Source: Promethearchaeota archaeon Loki_b31
GTDB lineage: Archaea; Asgardarchaeota; Lokiarchaeia; Sigyniarchaeales; SOKP01
Direction of reading: 5' to 3'
Length of the DNA stretch: 46,657 nt
Assembly: GCA_005222975.1 (NCBI GenBank)
Contig: NJBI01000027.1
Location: forward strand, 1-46,657
The first letter of the stretch is position 1. Each line of letters opens with the position of its first letter. The translations under genes and the position numbers were made by a program. Shown here piece by piece: positions 30,893 through 39,900 of this stretch. The notes under the pieces were generated by a model. That model saw only the letters and a list, made by a program, of their open reading frames with translations. It made no database searches and was not told where the DNA came from.

Positions 30893-31672
30893 TTAATTAT
30901 TCTGATTTATTTCCCCTTCAACGATTTCAACAATAAGTGGGAATACATCGCCGATTTTTTCGTGGATTACAACTTCCGCAAATGAATCTACATCCGTTTC
31001 TTGAATGTTAATAATTGCGATTTTAGCACCCAAAGAAAGTGCTTTTCTAGGATAAAATGCCACGGGATATACTAATAAAGAACTTCCAAGAACGATTAAT
31101 AAATCACAACTATTAATCATGTCGTCTGCTTGACTCAATATTTCTGAACGCAAAGGTTCTCCAAAAAAAATCGCGTTTGGTTTCAATAGGCCATTACATG
31201 CTTCGCATGAAGGACGATTCTCACCCTTCATAACTTGATTTATCATCGTTGTAATGGGATAGATTTGATTACACGCCATACAAATTGCTTCGTGAGCTGT
31301 CCCATGTAACTCCACAATATTTTTACTATGGGACTTTTGGTGAAGACCGTCAATATTTTGAGTAAGAATTCCTTTTAATTTGCCAAACCTTTGGAGTTTA
31401 GTTAACATTTTATGACCCTTGTTAGGTCTTGCTTTAAATATGTTCAATCCCATCTCAAGCATAAAATCTAGATTTTTTTTAGTATCAGACACATACGAAT
31501 GGATGCTCGCAAACTCATCAGGATTTACTTTTTCCCATAAACCAGTGCCTGGGCTTCTAAAGTCCGCAATTCCGCTCTCTGTGCTCATACCGGCCCCAGT
31601 TAATACTACGATGTTGTTGGCATCAAGGATAAGTTGAGCAAATTTTTGAATTTTCGCATTCAAATCATTCAT
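30893..31672 (-). CDS. cobB: Sir2-family NAD-dependent protein deacylase
   Basis: TGAGMSTESGIADFRSP, TQNIDGLHQ, ELHG, CxxC..CxxC, KP...FFGE, GSSL.VYP. Confidence 0.92.
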   Translation of the reverse strand: MNDLNAKIQKFAQLILDANNIVVLTGAGMSTESGIADFRSPGTGLWEKVNPDEFASIHSYVSDTKKNLDFMLEMGLNIFKARPNKGHKMLTKLQRFGKLKGILTQNIDGLHQKSHSKNIVELHGTAHEAICMACNQIYPITTMINQVMKGENRPSCEACNGLLKPNAIFFGEPLRSEILSQADDMINSCDLLIVLGSSLLVYPVAFYPRKALSLGAKIAIINIQETDVDSFAEVVIHEKIGDVFPLIVEIVEGEINQNN

Positions 31673-31792
31673 TTAAGAAATTCTCCAAATTTATTTTGAA
31701 ATTTTGTTAAAAATAGACCAAATATTTAATATGATTATTTTTATTTATTGAATATAATATATTATTATAACTATATTAATTATTGAATCTCT

Positions 31793-32353
31793 ATGTCTGC
31801 TACAGATTCTAAATTTCAGAAAAGCTTCATTTACAAAATTTGCGTGGTTGGTAACGGTGGGGTTGGAAAAACTTCAATGGTTCTTAGATACTGCGAAAAT
31901 TCGTTTAGAGATAATTACCTAATGACTATTGGCTCAAATTTCAGTACAAAAACTGTAGAATTAGCTGATCATCCGCAATTTCAAGTAAAACTTCAACTAT
32001 GGGACCTTGCTGGACAGAAACATTTCTCCTTCGTCCGTCCACCATTTTATCGAGGTGCAACGGGCATAATTTACGTGTTTGATTTGACTAGACGCTCATC
32101 ATTTGCCGATTTAATAGAGTGGCGGGATGAAGTTGAAAAAGTAATTGGGCAAAAAGCAAGTCTTTTAGTAGGAAATAAACTCGATTTAGCGAAAGAGGGG
32201 AAAAGAGAAGTATCAGAACAAGAGGGGGACGCCCTCAAGAGTGAAGTCCACGCATTTAAATATTTTGAAACCAGTGCTAAACGGGGTGATTCAGTAGAAG
32301 ATGTGTTTAAGCTTTTAACTTTAGAAATCCTTAAAGCCTCGGGAAAAATTTAG
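31793..32353 (+). CDS. Rab-like small GTPase (Ras superfamily)
   Basis: G1 GNGGVGKT, G2 TIG, G3 WDLAGQ, G4 NKLD, G5 ETSAK; RabF-like IGSNF, KLQLW, FYRGA; no C-terminal prenylation Cys. Confidence 0.93.
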   Translation: MSATDSKFQKSFIYKICVVGNGGVGKTSMVLRYCENSFRDNYLMTIGSNFSTKTVELADHPQFQVKLQLWDLAGQKHFSFVRPPFYRGATGIIYVFDLTRRSSFADLIEWRDEVEKVIGQKASLLVGNKLDLAKEGKREVSEQEGDALKSEVHAFKYFETSAKRGDSVEDVFKLLTLEILKASGKI

Positions 32354-32404
32354 TTTTTAATGTATAAAATTCTTGTAAAAAAGATTTTTAAAAAAAATTT
32401 TAAT

Positions 32405-33171
32405 TTAAGTTTTAGATTCTTCCATTATTAAATTCAGGAATTGCTCTACTTCGTCCTTCGAGCACTCGTGATATTTTTTGTCTTCAGCCTTAATATAAAC
32501 AAGTCTGACGTTCTCTTTGGTGGGGTCTTCATCAATAGATTCTTTAAGCGTATTAAGCGCTAATTTTATTATCTCGTTGAAAGACATTCCTTCCTTATAA
32601 TTCTCTTTTAAATATTCTCTTGCAGTTGCTTCGCCACTTCCTAGAGCGTAAGCTTTAAATGCCCGATAAATCCCGCTTGGAGATGTAGTGTAAATCTGAG
32701 TGCCATTTGCATCAACAGCAACGAAGAATAGAGCACACCCAAAAGGTCTGATTTTGGTTCAGAAACTAATTGTTTCTAAGAATTTCCACCATACTGGGTG
32801 TAAAGCTGCTTCATGTCCGCTATTGACTTTACAAGCATATTCAACCTTACAGGCTCATCATATGTTAAACGAAAAGATTGCGCTTGAACTCGAGCGTAGT
32901 TAATTAAGGTTCTTGAATCGGCATGCAAACCGGCAATTGCAACGCCAATGTGCTCATCAACTTGAAATAATTTATCAATGGAATCAGCATCCATTAATTT
33001 TGAAGGAATTTTAATTTGAGCCGCTAAACAAACAGCTTCTTTTGATTTTACAGCCACAGCTAAAGTACCGCGCCTTACAGCCTCTAATGCATACTCTACT
33101 TGGAATAATCTTCCTTCGGGCGAAAATACTGTAAGAGCTCTATCATATTTTACCTGTCCTCCGCCAAACAT
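32405..33171 (-). CDS. psmA: Proteasome alpha subunit, two exons: join(complement 33171..32784, 32751..32405), 244 aa
   Basis: Exon 1: YDRALTVFSPEGRLFQVEYA...KQLYTQYGG. Exon 2 (different frame): IRPFGCALFFVAVD...TSPSG.Y...KAYALGSG...YL..NY...MS. Exons of 388+347 = 735 nt restore YGGIRPFG. Confidence 0.93.
32752..32783 (-). other. Predicted 32-nt bulge-helix-bulge (BHB/BHL-type) mRNA intron in psmA
   Basis: AUUCUUAGAAACAAUUAGUUUCUGAACCAAAA contains an in-frame UAG; internal stem UUC+AGAAAC/GUUUCU+GAA; central helix GUGG/CCAA (3 of 4 pairs); 3-nt bulges AA^A and AA^U; exon-exon helix UACACCCAG/UUGGGUGUG. Confidence 0.8.
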
Positions 33172-33325
33172 TCTATAATCACATTTTTGCTATTATAAAT
33201 AATTTTAATTATGTGATTATATAATCTAGAGAATTTTAATTTATTGTTTATAAGCTAAAAATCCTTCAGACTTGTTTATATTAAGGTTTTATTTTTAAAA
33301 GAAAAAAAATTAAAAAAAAAGATTA

Positions 33326-36325
33326 TTAATATACATATATTAATTTTTCTTGAGATTCGTAGATAATAGCACTATCGACAATCAAAGTCCATTTAAAGTA
33401 GAGTATTACACCTGCTTTCGTAGTGTTTAAGAAACCATTTAGGACTAAACCTTCACCAAAATACAATGTGGTATCTATTATTGTAAAATTTACTCGTGTA
33501 TAGTCGCCGTCTATAAATGTGGTGTTTTCAATTGGATACATATCTGGGGGTAAAATTAAGCTATAATCGACATTATTAGTAGTTTGGCTATATACAGATA
33601 GATTAACTTTAATGTCCAAACCAGGCGCAGAGAAGTTAGTATCGAAATTTTGAAGAGTTATTTCGAAGTTTGCTGGATTATCCGGATAAGTCATAGAAGT
33701 TTCCATCTCAAAGTTATATGAAATTGAAACATTAGAAATCGTTTCACCTTTCGTAAGGTTCAGATTGTCGTACGCATCTTGAGCGTTTTCACCATAACCA
33801 ACATTTCTAATAAATGCTTCTACAAACCCGGCTAATTTTAGCTGTTGAAGGCTGCCAGCAGTGCTATATGTAGGGATATAATAATAGATTGACCCTCCAA
33901 GGGGGTATATTAAAGTATTTCCGTGTCTTTTACCTGAGATTAAAGTAAGCTCTTGCGTTGCTTCAGATCCATAAGTTTCTCTCGCTGTTTTAGGACCAAT
34001 TAAATTTTCAATGGAATCTCTTGTATAATAGAAAATTGCTTCACCAAAATGATCACCGTGTCTGACTACATATATTCCTGCGAGTAGTGTCGCTGTTTGA
34101 CCTTTATATTCAACCAAATCTAAACCAATATATTCAATTCCATCACCTAAATCAGTTTCTATGTAGAATAAATTACCATCTTCGGGTCTTTCGTGGAAAT
34201 CATCGCCTCTTTTCCATGTTTGAGAATTTCTTACGTGATATTTGTAATTCGCTTCTAATTGTAATTCAAATAAATCCTCTGGATAGCGTAATTGTGCTTT
34301 TAACCACTCTGGGACTGTTTGCCAATCATATTTTTCCAAATAAATTTCCCAGAGAGGAGAAGTTGGGTCACCGCTAGGGTCTAAAGTCGGATTTTCATAA
34401 AAAGTCATCTCCCCACTTATTACATCGATTAAACTAACGCCTAAAAATCTTAATATAGGATATTGAGCATACGAACCTACATTGATATATGTATAAATCG
34501 AAACGGCATAATACATTTTACCTCGGGTCATATCAAATACTAAGTAGGGATCACTGTCAATTCTTAATTGAGGAAGGAGTATCTGATAAACTCTGTTTAT
34601 AACATTTCTATTAATCAAATACTCATGTTTACTATTAAAAGCGTAAGCAAAAAGTCCTATGTTTAAAGTTTTCCAAAAACCTTCCAAGCCAGTAAGAATC
34701 CCGTCTGGTTCTTCCTCATATGTAAACTTATTATTAGGAATTCCTTCTGCCCACTCAGTATTAAGTAATATATCAGAATCATAGGCGCCTAGAGCCCCCG
34801 ATTCGTAATAACCTAAAGTTTGTTCGAGATATCGTTGGCTTTCGCTTTCCCCAAAGAAAATTGGATAATTTTCAGTGATGTTGAAGGTTAAAGACACATT
34901 TACTAAGTCACCCGTAAAGGTATCCATTGCTAAAAAACCCTCAACATGATCGTATAATTCAGTGTTAGTCTGGACAGCATCTCCAGCAATTTCTGAAAAC
35001 CGTACAGATTTAGGTGCAACCCAATATTCTTTATTATTTATATATACTATGTCTGAATCTGCTAAACCCTCGAATGTAGAACCGATTGAAGCCGCTAAAT
35101 ACTGAACAGCAAAATTTTGATCAAATTGTCTAACTTGGGATATCATTAAAGCGTCGGAAGTTGTAGAAGATTCGGTAAAGTTCGAAATTGACCGTTCTTC
35201 AAACATATCTAAACCGGCACATGTCGAAGTCCATTCAATTTCCCTTTTATATTTTTTTATCCATTGTTGTTCTGTCCACACTGCTGTGTTGTTTAGGTTT
35301 AATGTTGGTCCAATACTGAATATTAATGGAGTAAGTGTGAAAGCAATTACGATTACTATGATATAGATGATTTTTTTTTGTTTAAACCGCGAAAAAATGT
35401 AATTTGCCGAATCTTTTTCGAACTGCATTTTTCCATAAAGGTACATGAAGATTCCTAAAGATGTCATTGTTATGAAACCCAAAATAACTGCCCATATTTG
35501 GATAAGACCTATACCGTCTAAAGGGAGCGTTGCAACGAAAAAGAATCCAAGTCCACATAGTAAACCAATTATTAAGAAAGCATTTGAAATCACATAATAG
35601 TCGTTTTTACGTAAATATGTATTCTTCACTATGTTAAGAACCAATCTAAGAATTAATACTCCAAAAATAAAAGTCACTACTGGGAGAATTAGATTTGAGT
35701 AAATAAAAATCGTTACAAAATCCTTGTTATTCGAATCAAATAAAACAGCAAACGCGTCTAATATTATGTTTGGAGTAATTTCAATTTGCCCGTTTTCAAT
35801 CAAATAGATTGTCCAAGAAAAGCCGCCATTATTTACATCAAGTAGTAAACCTAATAAATAGAACATTACAAATCCAATCGTCCACCAAAACGCTAATGCT
35901 TTTAACCTTGAGGGTTTTCCGAATCTTAGCTTAGTACCAATTATAGTTAACAAATTTCTTTCAGGTGGTAAACTCATTATAACAGATCCTATAAATGCCC
36001 CTATTAATGCAGTTTTGTTAAATATAAAATTAGTAGACCACAGATTTAAGAAGTAAAAATCAAAGAAATCAATTCCACCCGCTTTATTTGAATACAATTG
36101 AGCCTGAAGATTAATATTCCCGAACCAAGAGGGCCACCACCAGAAAATGGCCATCGATGTAATTATCGCAACAACTACAATAATCAGGAGAATTAGTTTT
36201 TTATAATGACCATTTTTTTTAAATAGGTTGTAATTAAACCGAGCATCTTTTACTACATTTGCATCTTGACAGTCTTGACAATAATAGTTAAATTTTTTAT
36301 GTTTCTCACACGATTTTTTTGCCAT
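33326..36325 (-). CDS. UPF0182 (COG1615) family membrane protein with N-terminal Cys/His motif
   Basis: N-terminal TM bundle then a large soluble domain with DPYLV...GK.Y, LKAQLRYPEDLF..Q...Y.YHV, YY.P.Y...LKL motifs. Confidence 0.8.
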   Translation of the reverse strand: MAKKSCEKHKKFNYYCQDCQDANVVKDARFNYNLFKKNGHYKKLILLIIVVVAIITSMAIFWWWPSWFGNINLQAQLYSNKAGGIDFFDFYFLNLWSTNFIFNKTALIGAFIGSVIMSLPPERNLLTIIGTKLRFGKPSRLKALAFWWTIGFVMFYLLGLLLDVNNGGFSWTIYLIENGQIEITPNIILDAFAVLFDSNNKDFVTIFIYSNLILPVVTFIFGVLILRLVLNIVKNTYLRKNDYYVISNAFLIIGLLCGLGFFFVATLPLDGIGLIQIWAVILGFITMTSLGIFMYLYGKMQFEKDSANYIFSRFKQKKIIYIIVIVIAFTLTPLIFSIGPTLNLNNTAVWTEQQWIKKYKREIEWTSTCAGLDMFEERSISNFTESSTTSDALMISQVRQFDQNFAVQYLAASIGSTFEGLADSDIVYINNKEYWVAPKSVRFSEIAGDAVQTNTELYDHVEGFLAMDTFTGDLVNVSLTFNITENYPIFFGESESQRYLEQTLGYYESGALGAYDSDILLNTEWAEGIPNNKFTYEEEPDGILTGLEGFWKTLNIGLFAYAFNSKHEYLINRNVINRVYQILLPQLRIDSDPYLVFDMTRGKMYYAVSIYTYINVGSYAQYPILRFLGVSLIDVISGEMTFYENPTLDPSGDPTSPLWEIYLEKYDWQTVPEWLKAQLRYPEDLFELQLEANYKYHVRNSQTWKRGDDFHERPEDGNLFYIETDLGDGIEYIGLDLVEYKGQTATLLAGIYVVRHGDHFGEAIFYYTRDSIENLIGPKTARETYGSEATQELTLISGKRHGNTLIYPLGGSIYYYIPTYSTAGSLQQLKLAGFVEAFIRNVGYGENAQDAYDNLNLTKGETISNVSISYNFEMETSMTYPDNPANFEITLQNFDTNFSAPGLDIKVNLSVYSQTTNNVDYSLILPPDMYPIENTTFIDGDYTRVNFTIIDTTLYFGEGLVLNGFLNTTKAGVILYFKWTLIVDSAIIYESQEKLIYVY

Positions 36326-36463
36326 GTAAAATCAACAAATATTTTCTATTTTTTTTTACTTAAAATTAAAAAGATAAAATTTTTTTAGATAATATAATAC
36401 GTTAATATAAAAGATAATCACTAATATTAAGGATTTTCTTTTTTGAAGTATAGGTACTTTTAA

Positions 36464-36859
36464 ATGGCCAAAAAGAAAAAAATTCGAGAGGACTTTGATG
36501 TAATCTTCGCAAGCGGTAATGAAAAAGCGATTAAAGAAATGTTAGATAAATATCCTTGGTTACTTGACGAGGTTTCAAACGAAATGAAAGGTAACATAGG
36601 AGAACAACAGCAAATGATCGCGGCATTAGGCGTAATGGAGGATGAGCTTGGAGGACCGGTTCCTTTAGACGAGATAATTTTTAGTTTAAGAATAGATTTC
36701 AATATTCGTAAAACAGAAGAAGAAGTACACGAAATTTTAAGTAGCACAGAAGATCTAAGCTTAGTTAAGAGAGAGTCAGACGGTTGGACTTTAACGGCTG
36801 AAGGGGGCAAAGTTTGCGACGATTTTTTAAATAGAAATTTAGGAAAAATTGAATTTTAA
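36464..36859 (+). CDS. Hypothetical protein with C-terminal winged-helix-like region
   Basis: 131 aa; 'PVPLDEI...L...EV.EIL...EDL.LV......WTLT.EG' wHTH-like pattern. Confidence 0.7.
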   Translation: MAKKKKIREDFDVIFASGNEKAIKEMLDKYPWLLDEVSNEMKGNIGEQQQMIAALGVMEDELGGPVPLDEIIFSLRIDFNIRKTEEEVHEILSSTEDLSLVKRESDGWTLTAEGGKVCDDFLNRNLGKIEF

Positions 36860-36996
36860 TTAGTTTTGCTATTACTAATATTGAAAATAGAGCAACTTAT
36901 TTAACTCAAAAATGAATTTTAAAATTACTATTGAACCAATATATTTTACCTATAAGTGTTTTGTAATTTAAATGAAAGACTTTTAAATTTTCTAAT

Positions 36997-39900
36997 TTGA
37001 TGATTAAAATGGATAAACGAGACGAACAAAAGGATAATAATCAAAAATTTAATGATACCAATCCAGACCCAACAAAAGTAGCTTTCTTTTCTGATATGGG
37101 TAATATGGAAGAAGAAATAGCTTCTGAAGCAATTGAATTAGTAACACACGCATTATCGTTAATAGAAGCGCGTTTTTATGACGATAGCATCGAAATTTTA
37201 CGTCAGGCAATTGGGTTATACGATCAAATTAGTAGAATTGCAGAAGTTGACGCGTTAAATAATAAAATTTCCGAGATTTATTTATTAAAAGAACAATCGT
37301 TTAGAGAAAGTGAATTAGAAACAGATACTATAATTGAAGATTCTCAAGAAGAAGTTCTTTTAGAACAGAACGAAGAGGAATTGTATAACCAAGCGGATTC
37401 CTTAATTGTAGAGGCATTACAACTTGTAACAAACGAAAAATTTGATGAGGCCCTTGATAATTATGACGAGGCAACAAAAATTCTCCAAAAATTAAGTAAA
37501 GAGCTTGAATTAAAAAAGCTAAGTGAATTGATAGAGGATTGTTTTAACAAAAAAACAGAATTTGTACGAATACATAAGAAAGCGTCTACTGGGGAGATTA
37601 TTACCGTAGAGCAAGATAATGAAGAGCCAATATCGAAATTAGAAATAAAGGCACAACGAGTTAGAGCGTTTGAAGAATTAAAAAGGAAAGAAAATCAAAT
37701 ATCTAACCAAGCATATGAATTAATTGGAAAAGCAACAGAATTAAAAAAGATACGACAGTATGATGAAGCAATAAGGTTATACGACGAGGGGCTTGCTTTA
37801 TTTCAAGAAATCAATTGGAACAATGAAGTTAAAAAAATTAAAAACATGATAGAGCAAGTTGAAAGAGAGAAAAAAAGATTTTTGGAAGAGGTTCAAAAAA
37901 TCAAAGCAGAAGAAGAGCAAGCGAAAGAAATCAAAAAACAAAAAGAAGCTGCTTTAATAGACAACGCGCAAATTCAAGAGCAAATAAAAGATCAAGCTCA
38001 AGCAGAAAAGTTGAGGGCACAATCTGAGAGAAAACAAGAAGAAATGACGTTTCAAAATGAAATTGCTGAGATGGTAGATTATGCTGAAAAGTTAGCAAGA
38101 GATTATGATTTAAAAGTTAAAAAGGCGATTAAAAGAGGAGAACTAGTTAAAGAATGCGTTTTTCCTGTGGTAATTAAGATTTACGAAGAAGTAAGGAAAA
38201 AAGTGAAAGATAGGGGTTGGAAAGACCAAGCAGAATTGTATGCTAACCAAATTAGGCATTATCATACACTTTTAGAAAAAGATAAGAATCTTCGCCAAAT
38301 AGAATTTCGGAAACGACAAAAACAAAAAGAATATGACGAGGCTTTAAAAATTAAAACAGATTCGACAATTGTTGAAGTAGATGTCGTACCAAAAAAAAAA
38401 ATTGATGAACAGAGAAAACAAGAAGCTGAAGTTAAAAATTTTAGAGAAATGATCGAGAATTTGGTGAATAGAGCAGAAAAAATTGCACGTGAATACAACA
38501 CCGCTTTTAAAAAAGCTGTCAAAGAGGGTAATTTGAATATTGAATCAAAATATCCAAAAATAATTAAAATTTACACTAAAGCAAGAGATAGCGTTTTAGA
38601 AAAAGGTTGGAACGAGGATGCTGCTATTATTTCAAGTCACATTAGAAAATATTCTGAATTGTTAGAAAAAGAAAAAAGAATAAGAGAAATAGAAGCTAAG
38701 AAAGACGAAGAAAAGAAAGCTTATGAAGAATTTCATAAAATTCAAAAAAAGGAAATTGATGCAGAGAAAATAAAAAAAATTGAAGTTAAAAAAGTAAAAG
38801 AATTTGAAGAGGATAAATTTCAAAAAGAAATTACTGATCTGGTAGACAAAGCCGAGAGAATGGCGCGTGATTATGAAGTAGCCTTGAAAAAAGCAATAAG
38901 AGCGGGAAAACTCATAGAAAATTCACCATATAGTAGAATTATTGAAATATATAATCAGATTAGAGAAGGTGTTATTTCAAGAGGGTGGAAGGACCAAATA
39001 TTAATATATACGAACCAAATAAGAATTTACCAAGAGAAATTGGAAAACGATAATAAGTTAAGAGAAATAGAGATTCATAAGATTCAAAAACGAAAAGAAT
39101 TTGAAGAATCTCTAAAAGTAAAAACGGAAAGTATACCCCCTGAAAAATTAAAAAAAATTGAAAGTAAAAAATCAAAAAAGCTAGAAGAACAAAATTTTCA
39201 AAAAGAAATAACTGAAAGAGTTGACAAAGCAGAGAAATTAGCTAGAGAATACGAAATAGCTAAAAAAAGTGCTTTAAAAGAAGGGAAAGATTTAGGAGAA
39301 ACTCCTTATTTTGAAATTATTGAAATCTATACAAAGTTGCGAAATAAAGTTTTAACAAGAGGATGGACGGATCAAGCGTTAATATATGCTAAGCAAATTA
39401 AAATTTATCAAGAGAAATTAGAAAGTGATAAAAAATTACGTCGAATTGAACTCAAAAAAATTCAAAAGCAAAAGCAGTTTGAAGAATCACTGAAAGTAAA
39501 AGCGGAAGGGTTAACTGTTGATAAATTGAAAAATCTTGAAAGCTTATCAAAACAAGAACAGGACGAGGAGAAATTTGAAAGAGAAATCGATGATTTAGTA
39601 GACAACACTGAAAAGTTAGCCCGAGAGTATGATTTAGCTATTAAGAGAGGGCAATTTGAAAAAGAGTGTCCTTATTTGATAATTGCAGAATTATATAAAA
39701 AGATTAGAGAAAAAGTATATGCTCGAGGTTGGAAAGATGAGGCAGATCTATATGGTAATCAAATTAACCATTACCGAGAAAAATATGAAAGAGATAAACG
39801 GTTACGTGAATTAGAGGCTAAAAAAGTAAAAAAACAAAAGGATTTTGAAGAATCATTAAAAATAACTAAAGAAGATAAGAAACTTAGACTTCAAGAGATA

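Noticed and set aside
32405-33171. psmA as a decayed pseudogene or programmed frameshift; ORFs 32405-32587 and 32700-32903 as separate genes
   Set aside because: Both halves are fully conserved and the extra 32 nt cannot be absorbed by a simple frameshift without inserting about 10 residues into a conserved motif. The 60-aa ORF is the tail of exon 2 and the + strand ORF is an antisense shadow.
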